Positions 13,101 through 28,100 of a stretch of DNA of 64,000 nt are shown here, piece by piece. The DNA comes from Negaprion brevirostris (Eukaryota): positions 18,484,792 through 18,548,791 of the forward strand of contig JARDVH010000124.1 in assembly GCA_030324005.1 (NCBI GenBank), read 5' to 3'. The translations under genes were made by a program, and so were the position numbers. The notes beneath the pieces were generated by a model. That model was given only the letters and a program-made list of their open reading frames with translations, searched no databases and was not told the DNA's origin. Every line of letters begins with the position of its first letter. Position 1 is the stretch's first letter.

Positions 13101-16100
13101 TTGATAGGTTTTGCTGTATTCCTAAAGCATTAGTTCTGCTTTTCTAACAAAAAACTTAGAAGTAATGTAAACCTGAGTGTTAACCATGTAATGGGAGCTA
13201 ATCATTCATTTCAGAATTAGCTTTGAAAATGAAATGTCCCCTTTAATTAACTCCAGTATGATTTTAATGTGAATTTTGCATGTCCTAAAATAAGGTCTTT
13301 AATAATTAAGTATATCTGGATTGTACAAAACCATTTAAATTTGGTGGTACAACTATATTTCAACTGGAGTTGCCTCATCTAGATTTTTATTTTGTTTCTA
13401 TTAATATATGAAATTTGAACAATGATTATTTCTTTGCTTCACATTTTCAGTGAGCTTAACCTAGAAGATAAGAACTCGGCGCAGGAGTAGGCAAATCAGC
13501 TCCACGAGCCTGCTCTGCCATTCAATACAATCAGGGCTGATCATATCTCGGCCTTAGCTCCACCTTCCTGCCCATCCGTCATAACCCTTCATCCCACAAC
13601 TAATTAAACACCNNNNNNNNNNCTCTGACATGCTGTTGTAGCCACAGTATTGAAATGGTTAGTCCAGTTGAGTTTCTGGTCAATTAAAACCACCAAGATG
13701 AAGTTAGTGGGGGAATTTAGTGATGGGAATGTCATTGAATGTCAAGGGGCAATGTTTAGATTCTCTCTTGTTAGAGAATGCTACTGCCTTTGGTACTTGT
13801 GAGGCATGAATGTTACTTGCCACTTGTCTGCTCAAGCCTGGATATTGTCCAGGTCTAGTTGGATATGGACTTTCATTTAGAGCCGCAAATGATGCTTTGT
13901 CTTGTGCAATCATCAACAAACATCCCAAATTCTGACTTTATAATAGAAGGAAAGTCATTGACAAAGCAGCTGAAGATGGTTGGGGCTTGGGCACTCCCCT
14001 CAGGAACTCCTGTAGTGATGTCCTGGAGCTGAGGTGACTGACCCCCCAACAACCACAACCACGTTCCTTTGTATAAGGTATGACTGCAACCAGTGGAGGG
14101 TTTTTCCTCTAATTTCCATTGATTTCAGTTTTACTAGGGTGATTTGGTGCCAGACTCAAAGTGAGGCCTTGATGTAAAGGGTAGTCAGTCTCATCTTCTC
14201 TGTGTTATGATGTTAACTGAACTAGCAGGAATACTTTATTGTGATAGTAATTAACAGCTAAAACATGATTTTTAATTAGAAGAGCCAAACAAATTCAATA
14301 CATAATTTGTGCTCACCATGGGCAGCACAGTGGTTAGCGCTGCTGCCTCACAGCACCAGGGACCCAGGTTCAATTTGGATGATTTTGTTTGTGTGGCGTT
14401 TGCACGTTCTCCCCGTGTCTGCATAGGTTTCCTTCCACAGTCCAAAGTTGTGCAGGTTAAGTGGATTTGCCATGTTAAAATTGCTCCTTAATGTTAGTGG
14501 CCATGGTGTTAAGGGGAGAGGACAGGGGAGTATGCTTAGGCAGAGAGTTTGTGCAGATTTGATGGGCTGAATGGCCTTCTGCATGGTTAAACATTCTATG
14601 GGATTTTTTACATTTTACTATGTTCTCTGTCTACCCTGAAGGTGATTATGCTTTAGTTATCCTCCTCTTGACTATTGTAGCCTAATATCCAACCTTTTTC
14701 TTTCCCTAATTGTGTTAAGTGGTTTACTCACCCAATTTCTTGAAGCACACACTGTCCATTTTGAGATTTCCACTATATTCTTCACAGCGATTCAAAGGGT
14801 TTTTTTTTAACAAGGCAAGACATTGAGAAGAGGTGCATATCTTTAGTTAGAGTATGTTGATAGTTTTTAAACCATCTTTCCAGAGATGGTGAAGACAGAT
14901 GCATGCTTTTGAATGGCTCGTGGAAAATCCATATTTAGTAATTTTCCTCAACTGCAGATGCGTGAATGGATAAATAGAAGTCACAGTAAATGTTCACATG
15001 GTGGGAGCAAGCAGGTCATTGCCTTTACTATCCTATTACTTAAGGTGTGGCCCCTTTTATAGCAAAGGCTAAGAAATCAATAAAATGGGAAAATCATCTT
15101 TATTATATCTTTCTTTTTTTCCCTTGTGTTATATTTTCAACTAGAATCTTTTTGGTAAATATTTTAAATTTAGCACTTTTAACCTACCAATATTCCTTTG
15201 TAATTTTACGCTATTGTCTATACTATCCACAATGCTGCCTAACTTGGTGTCATCAGCAAATTTAGATACAGTTTTCTATATCATTATCCAAGTTATTAAT
15301 TAATGTGAACAATTGAGGCCCTAACAAAGATCCTTGTGGAACACCACTAGTCATATCCTGCCAATTTGAATACCAACCCATTATCCTTGCTTTCTTGCCA
15401 CCCAACCCATTTCTTAGCCATGTCAGTAATTTTCCCTCAATTCCATGGGCTTCAACCTTAGTTAACAATCTCTTATGTGAAACTTTATCAATGGCCAGGC
15501 ATTTTCCTGTTCACAACCTTAGTCACCACTTCAAAAAACTCAGTGAGATTTGTCAGGCATGAACTACCTGTCATGAATCCATGCTGTCTGTCTCTGATTA
15601 ATCGAAACTTTTTGAGGTGTTCAGTTACCTTTTCATTGATTATAGCCTCTTTGGGTGGAATTTTATCACCTCGCCCACCACGAGAATTGTAGAGGGTGGG
15701 ACACGGACCATGCACAGGTCTGGAACTCGGACTCCAGTTCATCAACTCTGAGCTGGAGTTTCTCAAGTAACACTTGCTGTGGATCCAGGAGCCACAATGG
15801 ACTCCACCAGCTCCAATATCGTGCAAGAATAACGTGTTACCTGGCTCTGCGTCCCCATTTTATTTAATTACTTTTTAAAATTTGCCTTTCAAAATTTCTG
15901 ACTAGTATCCCCTCTCACTAAACTCTGAGCTCTGTACTCAGTTTCTCAATTTACCCTTTACAATATCCTTCATGGACTGCCTGTCTTATACAACTCCAGA
16001 GCGCTCCAGTGCAGGCAGGCAGCACTCCAGTGCAGGCAGGCAGCACTCCAGTGCAGGCAGGCAGCACTCCAGTGCAGGCAGGCTGCACTGAGCTTCCTCT

Positions 16101-19100
16101 ATTACTAATGTTCAAACTGAAACCCAAGGAGTTAATTCCTTAAGAACGATCCTTATTTTTTAGTTTAAGCTTTTTGAACACAATCCCTAATAGCAGTTTC
16201 TCACCAGCCAATCAACTTACAGTTTTCCTGTGCTATCACTGCTAATTTTTTCCAAACTCAGCTCGCTGTCCCAATATAATGTGTCAATTGCAGGTCCAAC
16301 TGCCTCCATTCCCGAGAAGCTAAGTGAAGGCCCCAAACCTGACTCTCTGTTAATCCTCTCCTCTGTGCAGTGTGTCCCTCACAGGTCTGGCTCCCTCTGC
16401 TCCCAAGAAAGTAAGCCACTTTTTGTGATTTCTACACAAAGAATTAACTTGGCTCACTGGAAAGTTCTTCAATTTCAAATGATTATGGAAGTGCCCTTCC
16501 TTGAATGGAAATGTTGGATATGAAATAATTTGTGAATTCATATACCCAGTTTTCTGGGTATTTAGAAAGACTTAAGTTCAATAGCCCCTTGCCCCCAGAC
16601 TCCATGTCAGCAAACTTAAAATTTCACAACAAGAATGTTGGAGAAGCCAATTTATTGCAACAAGGTGTGAATAGCTACTATTTACTAGCAATGGCTTCTT
16701 TCTTTGATCATTTGTGGGAACAATAGTAACATTGATCATCTAGTCACGTGAACAAAACTGACATCAGCTAACAAATCTTATTACACCAAGAACCAGCCAT
16801 AGATAAGTCAGTCTGGAGACCAGCAGGACACAAGAGAGACTATCCTCCAACAATAAGAAAGAAACTCTGCCTGATACAATCCATCAACCCAGAAAGTGGG
16901 ACAGGTGCTAACTTGCCTTCCCTGCAAGAAATCATTTCAAAAGAAACTCAGCTACATCTTCGTTTGGAAAACCAGAGACTCCCAACCTCCAAAGAACCAC
17001 AAGAGAAAAGCCATCCAGGCTTGCGACATTACATCTTAAAAAGAACTAATAGGTTAACTGAGGGAGTAACAAGAAACAAAATGCACAATTCTTCACCAGA
17101 ATTCATTTTCTGGTTGTATGTGTCTGTTGCTTGAGGGAGAGGGTGCTTCTGTTGCATTTACACATCAGGGTGTTGTGTTTATCTTCTGATTTAAACTTGC
17201 CAGAAAGCCTGTCTCGTGTCTAATATTAAAAGTCACAACACTAGAGAGGGTGCAGAAGAGATTCACCAGCATTCTCCCAGTTTGGAGCATTTCAGTTATG
17301 GAGTTAGCCTGGGGCTGTTTTCTGTAGACCTGAGGTGGCGGCACCATGCTATACAATCAAGGGGAATTGCCCTGAGAGTCTCATCATTGACTCTAGACCC
17401 CATGAATTCTCATGGCATCAAGACAAACACAAACAAAGAAATCTGCTGCTGATTGCTACCTATTGCTTCCTTTTAGCTGATTAATCAGTGCTTCACATTA
17501 AACAGCACTTGGAAGAAGCACAAAGGGTTTTTGTGGCATAGGATTCAGACTTCAATGCCCTTCATCAAATGTGGCCTGATAGCACCACTCCTGATTGAGT
17601 AGGTTGGAGTCCTGAAATGTGTATCTACTGGACTGGGCCTGTGGCAGATGATGAGAGAACTTACAAGAGGGAAAGACTCCTTCATCCTCACCAATCTATT
17701 CATCACCACTGTCCATGACAGATGGTAGGAATAACAACCGTATATCCTTGTGGAGACACTGAGGACTCTTGCATCATGTCATGCAGAATTCTCTGCCTTT
17801 GAGACAAAGTGTAGTGCTGGTGGTGCCTTTTCCACTGGCCAGAATGGCAGGATCCCACTCCAGATTCTGCACTAGGAGGCTCATTCATTATGCACAGATG
17901 CATTTCTCTCTTCTGGCAGTTGATACACTCGCCCACAATCAGCTGTCAGGTTCAAAGGTCCTGGTAGTATATTTGAATACTAATCCAGCACACTAGTATC
18001 GCTCTCTCCAGTCTGCCTGTTTTCACCAAACCATGCAGGATGTCAGCAACCCAGAGGGAAAATAAGAACATAAGAACATAAGAAATAGGAGCAGGAGTAG
18101 GCCATCTAGCCCCTCGAGCCTGCCCTGCCATTCAATNNNNNNNNNNNNNNNNNNNNNNNNNNNNNNNNNNNNNNNNNNNNNNNNNNNNNNNNNNNNNNNN
18201 NNNNNNNNNNNNNNNNNNNNNNNNNNNNNNNNNNNNCCTTTTTATATATTTATAAAAACATATTTATAAAAAATGCAGTAACAGCCTCGAGAGGAAATCT
18301 ATTCCTTGATCCAACCACCTATCCACCTCCTGCTTATCACCTGCAAGGTGCCCATGGCCCACTTGGATATCCACCTACTGCATCTGGAGCCTTCATGCAC
18401 TTCCTTCCAATAAACAATGTGATAACCCCTTGTTTGTGAGCTTTTTATGCAGCCTCGTCAGGGTCCAGCTTCCCTCCCTTTGGTCTTCCTTCTGCCTTCC
18501 ATTGTTCATCTCCTTCATCCAGCTCCTTGCCCCTCTGTCTCCCATTGTGAATCTTTGCACTTCCTGTGCCCCCTTGTCTTCATTAGTCCACAACTCTTAC
18601 CCACCCCACCTTGCCTCCCAAGTCTCACCTCAAACCANNNNNNNNNNTGGCACCAAGAGGAAGACAACCGGTGTACTCCCCAATGTCAGACACAGTACTG
18701 ATCTGACTCGGTGACACAAGAAGGTCCATGCATCCAGCAGCACAGCGCTATCCATGAAGATCAGTTCGACACAGAGGGCAGTAGCTAGTCTGCCCTGGCA
18801 TAGTGCTGAGCAGCACAACAATATGGCAGCAAGATTTTGTTGCACTCACCCCGATGTCTCTGGGGAACTGAGGGGTGTCTTATGAAAGCAACTCATGCCA
18901 CTCTTTAACAATCAGGTTTTGTACCAATGTAATTTCACACTGATGTGACACAAGACCAGAAGCCCTGATGAGATGTTATTGGGTAGCTGTTTTAATGAGC
19001 ATTCATGAGATGTAAATAAATGCAAATAGTGTTCACACCACCAGCCAATGGGAATACTGACCCATCATTAATCCATCTTTAGGAGAACTGCAACGTGATT

Positions 19101-22100
19101 TTACACTGGCGGCTTTCTGACTTTTTAGCTCCCACCCAAAATCCATTGGGGGTGGGAAGGGAGAATACCGCTGTGCTAAATAGAATAGGTTAAGGACAGA
19201 TATAACAGCTCAAGAGGCACTGTGGGCCAGCAGCAATTGAATTATATTCCACCAGAACCTTTTAACTCATGGCTTAACATGTCTTGCACTCTACCGTTAC
19301 CATCAGTTCAGAGTACCAACCCTGGTTTTATGATCAGTGGAGGAGAACATGTCAGGAGCAACACTGGACATAACTAATAATGAGATGCCAACCTACATTT
19401 GAACCTACAACACAGGATTATGTGCATGCTAAACAGTGGAAGCCACATGCTATCAACAAAAGTAAACAATCCCATTGCCAGTGGATCAGATCAAGGCTCT
19501 CCTGTTCTGTCATGTGCAGTCATGAATAGTGGAAAATAGTTACACAGCTACTTGGCGGAGGCAGTAAGAACATCCTCATTGTCAATAATGGGGAAGCCAG
19601 CGCATCAGTTAAAAAGTCAAAGCTGAAGTATTTATAGCCATCTTCAGCACCGAGTGGAAATATAAAGTTAGAGTGCGGGTACAAGAAATTATAGCAAATG
19701 CCATGTTGACCTTTATTGTAAAGAGATTGGAGTAGAAGGATATAAGAATATGGAAAGTAGGAACAACAGTAGGTCATTTGGTCCGTAAACTTGCTTGATG
19801 TTCTTCCACCTCAACATAATTTTCCTGCACCATGTCCCTTGATGTCTTTAATATCTGTAAATCTATTGATCTCTGCCTTGAACATCCTCAATGACTGAGG
19901 AGAGAGAATTCCAAAAATTCACCAAACTTCAAAGAAATTCCTTCTCACCTCAATTCTAAATTTCCTACCCTTTATACTGAGATGCTGTTCCCTTGGCCAG
20001 GGAAAGTCTTACTACAGTTGTACAGAGCTTTGGTCAGACCAGGTGAGCTGAGAGTGACTACTGTTGACATCAAGGCAGCATTTGACTGAGTGTGGTATCG
20101 AGAAGCCCTAACAAAACTGGGAATCGAGGGAAACCTCTCTGCTGGTTGGAGTCATACCTAGCACAAAGATAGATTGTTAATCATCTCAGCTCCAGGACAT
20201 CACTGCAGGAGTTCCTCAAAGTAGTGACCTAGGCTCCACCATCTTCTACTGCTTCATCAATGACCATCCTTTTATCATGAGTCAGAAGCGCAATGTTCAG
20301 TGACATTCACGACTCCTCATACTGAAGCAGTCCATATCAAAATTAGCAAGATTTTGACAATATCCAATACTGGCTGACAGGTGGCAGTTAACATTCATGC
20401 CACACAAGTGCCAGGCAATGGCCATCTCCCATGAGTGTTTATCTAACGGTTGTTATTTGACATTTAATGGCATTACTATAACTTAACCCCCGCTGTCAAT
20501 ATCCTACAGATTACCATTGACCAGAAACTGAACTGGGCTGTGTTACAAGAACAGGATTGGCAAATGGATTTCAATACAGAATAGTGTGAGCTGTTGCATT
20601 TTGGAAAGTCAAACTAGGATAGGACTTGTACAGTGATTAGTAAGGCCCTAGGGACTGAGGAGGAACAGAGGCATCTCGGAGTACAAGGACATAGTTTGTT
20701 GAAAGTAGCATTACAGGTAGACAGGATGATGAAGGTGTTTAGCATGCTGGCCTTCAGTCAGGACATTGAGAAAAGGAGTTAGGACATTATTTTGCAGTTG
20801 TATAAGTTGTTGGTGAAGCTACACTTGGAGTATTGTGAACAATTTTGGTCATCCTATTATAGGAAAGACATGATAAACTGGAAAGCGTGCAAAGAAGGTT
20901 TACAAGGATGTTGCCAAGACTAGAAGGCCTGAGTATAGGGAGCGGTTGACAAGGCTAGGGCTTTATTCCTTGGAAAGTAGAAGATTGAAAGGTGACCTTA
21001 TTGAGGTGTATAAAATCATGAGGGGCATACTTAGGATGAATGCTCATAGTTTTTTTCCTAGGGAAGGGAAATTGAAAACTAGCGGTATAGGTTTAAGGTG
21101 AGAGGGGAAGACTTAAAAGGGACCTGAGGGGCAACTTCTTTACGGAGAGGCTGAGGAAATGAACTGCCTGAGGAAGTGATTGAGGCAGATACAATAGCAA
21201 CATTTAATAGCATTTGGACAAGTACATGGATGGGAAAGGATTAGAAGGATATAGGCCAAATGCAGGCAATTGGGACTAGTTAGGAGGGCACCATGGTCAG
21301 CATGGACCAGTTGTGTCGAAGGGCCTGTTTCCATGCTGTATTACTCTATGACTCTATAAGAGGCTAAGAATCCTGTGATGAATAACTCAACTCCTGACTC
21401 CCCAAAGCCTGTCCACTATCTGCAAAGCACAAGTCAGGAGTGTAATGGGATACTCNNNNNNNNNNNNNNNNNNNNNNNNNNNNNNNNNNNNNNNNNNNNN
21501 NNNNNNNNNNNNNNNNNNNNNNNNNNNNNNNNNNNNNNNNNNNNNNNNNNNNNNNAAGAAGCACTGCAGGAACTCATCAAGACTCCTTAGGCAGCACCTT
21601 CCAAACTCACGACCACTATCATTTCGAAGGACAAGAGCAGCAGATAGGAACATCACCATCTGGAGGTTCCCCTCCAAATTGCAGACTATCCTGACTTCGG
21701 AATACATCACCATTCCTTCGCTACCACTAAAACATAAGGAATAGAAGCAGGAGTAGGCCAGCAGGACGCTTCAAGCCTGCCGCACCAGTCAATATGATCA
21801 TGGCGGATCTATGTTGGCCTCAACTCCTGTGTCGCTGGGTCAAATTCCTGAAATTCATTCCCTAACAGCTGTGTGAGTGTACCTATACCGCAAGGACTGC
21901 AGCGGTTTAAGAAGGCAGCTCACCACCACTTTCTCAAGGGCCACTAGAGATGGGCAATAACGTTTGGTCTACCCAGCGACATCCACATCCAGTAATGAAT
22001 TTTTGAAAACCATATTGGGAATAGTGTGTGCAGGTTTTGGTTGTCCTATTTAAAGAAGCTTATAGTTACATTGGAGGCAATGCAATGAAAGTTCACTAGA

Positions 22101-25100
22101 TTGATTCCTGGGAAGAGATGGTTGACATGTGAGGAGTGGCTAAGTGAATTCTATTTCTTTCTTCTTATATTCTTATCTATCTCAGCCTCCTTTTGAGGTC
22201 CTTATTATTTTACATGTCAATCTTGAGGCAATTTGTTTCACTTTATATGATATCAAGAAATGACTAAAGGCACTGGATACTGCAAAAGTCTCTAGCACTA
22301 GTATTGTGGACATGTGCTCCAACACTAGACACACCAAGCTGTTCCAGATACAGCTAAAACACTGACATCTACTTGCCATTGTGGAAAATTACCCAGGTAC
22401 ATCTTGTCCAGAAAAATCAGGACAGATCCAATCCAGTACATTACAGTCCCCTCAGTCTATTCCCGAGTTATAAGCCCCTGGTGACAGACTAGCAACCTGT
22501 TCCAGGAATTACTAGCTATGGAAACAGACAAAAGTCTGTCTTAGTGTATCACAAGGTGCAGAAAGAGAACTGGAATGGCACAATTATAATTTTTCATGTC
22601 TCAAATTGTTCTAACCCTGTATCTCAAAATAGTACTGTCTGAAAGAAATCTAGCTTTTATTTGATCTAATTGGTACTATCTGCTTCCAGTTTCTACTTAG
22701 GGAATATTTTTCATACATTTAGCACTTGCTCATTAAAACAATGTTCCCACAAAATTTTAAAAATCAATTCTTGCCTCTCTATTCAAATATAGGCCTTATT
22801 CTCTATTTGTTTCCTCATTCTGGACAAAATGCTTGTTATTTTCCAGATTCCTAATGATATCAATAACGTTACAGGGGAGGCAGTGGTACTGTCGCTAGAC
22901 TAGTAATCCAGAGACCCAGAGCAAGATCTGGGTTCAAATCCCACCACGGTGGATGGTGAAATTTGAATTCAATAAAAATCTGGAATTATAAGTCCAATGA
23001 TGACCAGGTTAATTGTTGTAAAAACCTGTCTGGTTTACAAAGTAAAATTGGCTTACGGGTNNNNNNNNNNNNNNNNNNNNNNNNNNNNNNNNNNNNNNNN
23101 NNNNATGAAGGCCAGCATCCCATTAGCCTTCCTGACCACCTGCTGCACCTGCAGGCTGGGTTTTTGCGACTCATGCACAAGATGTGTTTCCTATTGCATC
23201 CTCCAGTAACTGGTGTTTGCTGACAATCCATATTTCATTTCAGTTCTGAGTTTGCAATTATAGTGGCAGAACAAAAAGTCAAATACAAGAGAAATGTTAC
23301 TCTAAATGCCTTCATGCCTTTCTGGGCGTACTTTGTTCAGGGGCTAGGGGTAAGTGTAACCAGATTTGATTTCCATGCATTCCTCATTTTAATCAAAGTT
23401 ACTGTAAATTGCCCATTTAGAAAGAACAGACAAGGTAGACCTAATAGATCTTGGCTAAGCTTATTCATTTTTTTTCAATGTAAATGATTCTAAAAGTTGT
23501 ACAATAAAAATGATTAACTCTGGCACAATTTATTAATATTTCAACTTTATCGTATAAAAATACTCGGCTTTTTGATTAGTTAGAAAATGATTTGGACAGA
23601 AAATTGTTTCTCATGCAGCAATTTAGATTCATTGATTTTTACCGTGTGGACGGTGAACAAGAATTCGTAACTGTGACTTATTAATGATGACCCCTGTTCC
23701 CAATTACTGATGAGTTTTAAGAAAGTCTGTAATTTTACAATGTCTGCTTCATCAGAGATGTATTATTTTATGAGGTTTTTTTTTAGCTCTAGTTGATTGC
23801 ACTCAAGCTTACTCATCAGTAAATGGATTGAAGAGCACATTTCCTTAATAATATATGCCATTTCAGAGCCTTTTTTTGCCAAATATTGTAGAAATCATAT
23901 CTTCCAGAAGCTAGATTTGATGGTATTAACTGCCTACTTCTGCAAGGAGTTATCACAGTTCTTTGATTGTAATGATATATTGCAGTCTATTAACATGTCT
24001 TCACAAGATGATTATTTGGATTTAATTCAAATGTTATCAAGGAAAATTATGCGCAAGGTTATTACCCTACACTGAAAATGGTGCTTTAGATTTGAAAATG
24101 TTATGCATTTTGAAACTGTTGTGTCAACATGCAAGATTTAAACCTGAAACTGTTTGTAAATTCAGTCAAATCCCTGTTAGACTAAGTGTATCATTTCATT
24201 CAGAGCATTCAGTTGTTGCTTTCAGATCAGAATTTTAGAGTAGCCAGTTTGTCATTTAAAGAAACCTACTCCAGGTTGAGAATCCTTTTTCCATTAAACA
24301 TGAAACGCATCCAAAAACCACACTTTTTTTGAACCTCATTGACAATTAGCGTGGGAAATCTCTAACCTGAGCTCAGTTGTACCTCACCAACCACACCTGA
24401 CCTTTAGCACAGGAAGTCCCTGATCCAAGCTGACACGACTCAAGCCGATACGAACCTCACCGATCACACTGAACCTTTAGCATGGGAAGTATAGTCCTTT
24501 GTCTGCACTGCTTACTTTGGGAACTTTCCCTTGCAAACCAAATACATATGGCACTGGGTGGGAGTTTATTACAGGTGGCTGTATTTATTATTCAGTGGTA
24601 CATCTTACTCTTCTAACCATTTTATTTACTTTAGGCGATATTAAGCCTTGGCTTTGGCCATTGTAAGTAGGCCTAGATCTATATGGGGTATCTGAAAACC
24701 AAAATTACCTGAAATCAGATCATTTTGAAGTCAGCCCCAAGGATTTCAGATAAAGGATATTACATCTGTATATATTTTCATGTGTCAAGACCTAGAAACA
24801 TCTAAGGTTGAGCTGATATGTGACCACTAATGTTTGCACCACACAAGTGCAAAGCAATGGCGATTTCTGATAAAGGAGATTTCATACCTCGCTTTGACTG
24901 TCAATTGCATTTTTTTCCCCCAAAATCCCAATCATCAACATCCTGGGGAGGACCATTGAAGTGAAACTTAACTGAACCTGCCACATAAATACTGGGGCTG
25001 AAAAAAAAATGCCAGAGACTTGGTATTCTTACAGCGAGTGGCTCACCTTCTAATTTGCCAACGTCCATTCACCACCAAGAGCCAAGTCAGGACAGTGATG

Positions 25101-28100
25101 AAATTTTCTTCACTTGCCTGGACATAGAGCTAATCTTCCCCTCTTTTTTTCATCCCCTTGCTTATCTTCATCTCTTGTCTCTACTTTTTCCCACCTTGCC
25201 ACCATGCCCTTTCCTCTCTCTCTTCTTTCCTCTCTGCCTCTCCTTTTCCTCTTCCCTTCCTCTCCTTGTCTCTCAGCTGACCTGGCTTGACTTGAATGTT
25301 GCACATAGACTTTACCCCCTATGATCAATTTCCTATCAACTTTTGCCATTGTGCATCCTGTTGCTTGTGGAGATGCTGCAGAGCCACCACCAGTAGGAGG
25401 ACCTAACTACATAATGAGTTTATATAATACCAACATCTTGCATTTAACATAATATCATATTCCAAGTTGCATTGGAGCATTGTGAAACAAACAGTGGCAT
25501 TCAATCACATAAGGACTTACAAAGGCAGCTGACTATAAACTTAGTAAAAGAGGAAAGTTTGAAGGAGAGTTTTAAAGGAGGAAGATAGGTGAAGGGGAGG
25601 GTGTTCCAGAATTTAGGATCTAGGCAATTAAAAGCATAGCCACCAATGGGCGCGGTTATTAAAATTGGGATGGTAGGAGACCAGAATTTGATGGGTGCAG
25701 AAAACCTGGAGCTTTATGGGCTGAAAGAGATTACAGAAATAGGGAAAGGCAAGGCCATGGTGGGATCTGAAAGCCAGAATGAGGATTTTAAAATCAAGAA
25801 TGGGTTCGAATGGGAGGCAGTGTAGTTACTGAGCACAGGGGTGATAGGTGAATGGGATGTGAGTTAGGACACAGCAGAATGTCCTTAAAATTACAGAGAG
25901 TAAAGTGTGGGAGGCCAACCATGAGTTGGAATAGTCACGTCTTGAGGGAACAAAGGCCTGAATGAAGTCTCAGCCACAGATGAGCTCAGGCAGGGGCAAG
26001 ATTCCGAGGTCACCCAGGGGTAAACAGACAACCTTAGAGGTGCCACAAATATGACATCCCATGTGCATTTTGGGATCAGATATGACACCGAGTCTGCAAA
26101 CTGGTTTAGCCTTCTTGCCCGGGAGAGGGATGAGTTTGTAGCAAGGATCAAAAACAATAACTTTAGTCTTCCTAATGTTTAATTGGTGGAAATTTTTGCT
26201 CCCCCAGTAATGAATGCTGGATGAATAGTCTTGATGATTTTGCAACTGTGCTGAAGTTGAGTGAGCTGTTGGTGAGGTAAATGTGGGTGCCTTCAGCAAA
26301 CATGTGAAAGCTAATATTATGCTTTTAGATGATCCCACGGAGTGGCAACATTTAGGTGAGAAGTGGGAATGGATGAAGGATAGATCCTTGGGGACAGCAG
26401 GCGTAAAGGTTTGGGAGCAGGAAGAGAAACCATTGCAAGTCATTAGAATAGTAGAATCATAGAATCCATACAGTGCAGAAGGTGGCCATTTGACTCATCA
26501 TGCCTGCACCAACAACAATCCCACACAAGCCCCATCCCCTGCAACCTCACATATCTATCTTGCTAGTCCCCCTGACACTAAGGAGCAATTTTCCATGGCC
26601 AATCAACCTAATCTGCACATTTATGGAGTGTGGAAGGAAACCGGAGCATCTGGAGGAAACCCATGCAGACATGGAGAGAATGTGCAAACTCCACACAGAC
26701 AGTGATCCAAGGCTGGAATCGAACCAGGCTCCCTGCCACTGTGAGGAGCAGTGCTAACCACTGAGCCACCATGCCACCCGTTCCCTGCTTATGATTAGAT
26801 TGATAAGAATGGAACTGAATGAGAGTAGTTCCACCCAGCTGAATGGCAGTATATAAGTGTTGGAGGAGGATAATGTTGGAGCTGCGGGATGACAAGTCCC
26901 TGGGGAATTTGTAGAGGATGAGGGAGCGTGTGGGAATGGAGGGAGTATGGAGGTTGAGGGAATGCGGACGGGAGGGCCTTATTATTTTCATTAAAATTGG
27001 ACAAAATTCTAAAACGCAGAAGCAGAACTACAAAACACTCTGCATCTGCACCCAATGGCACTGAGTTCATTCTGGGGGTTGGTGAGTCTGACTCCTGCCA
27101 GTGATTTTATAGTTGCTGTGATTGCATGATGCAAAAGAAAACACATTCTCCAGTCCTTCAGTGTTGTTTAATTGATTTGATCAGTTTCTCTTTTAAAATA
27201 TATTCACATCAGATTCATTGGGAATGCCAAGATTCAGCTGTTAAAATGGATAAATTTCCAGATTCCCTGTGGATAACACCAAGGAATATTGGGATACTTG
27301 TGTGTGTTTATACAATTTATGTCCACTTAACCCCAAACTGTTCTTTCTCATTCCACATATTCATCTCTAACACTATCCCCACCAAGAGAGGTGTGGGTTT
27401 TCTGACCCCTCTGATATGACCAGCCTTTAGCTGGTTTTTCTGTGTTAAGAAGAGACATTGTCAATTTATTTAAAAAGCGCGATATTTTGTAACCACCTCA
27501 CTCCCATTATTTTCTCTTATTTCTTGATAGAATTCTGTAAGATTGGTTAAGTACATTTTTAGAAAGCTGTGTTGGCTCTCCCTGAATCATTCCTCCAAGT
27601 GATTCACACCCCATTAGGTTCAAGTTGTTCACCAACTCTGCTTTTGTTTTCCTAAAATGGCATTGAACTTCTTGCAAGCTGTGCCCAGCATACTTTCTAA
27701 TCTTTTACTTTCACCCTATGCATTAAGTTGATCTTTTTCTACGTCCTAGCTATGACTGTAACACTACATTCTGCACTCTCTCGTTTTCTTCTCTACGAAG
27801 TTTANNNNNNNNNNNNNNNNNNNNNNNNNNNNNNNNNNNNNNNNNNNNNNNNNNNNNNNNNNNNNNNNNNNNNNNNNNNNNNNNNNNNNNNNNNNNNNNN
27901 NNNNNNNNNNNNNNNNNNNNNNNNNNNNNNNNNNNNNNNNNNNNNNNNNNNNNNNNNNNNNNNNNNNNNNNNNNNNNNNNNNNNNNNNNNNNNNNNNNNN
28001 NNNNNNNNNNNNNNNNNNNNNNNNNNNNNNNNNNNNNNNNNNNNNNNNNNNNNNNNNNNNNNNNNNNNNNNNNNNNNNNNNNNNNNNNNNNNNNNNNNNN

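Noticed and set aside
16000-16083. CRISPR-like array
   Set aside because: Contiguous repeats with no spacers, in vertebrate DNA.
26990-27081. Possible exon 5 ([19 protein letters not shown], phase-1 GTgagt donor at 27082)
   Set aside because: No AG acceptor, much shorter than expected, and similarity limited to K.LKR.S.
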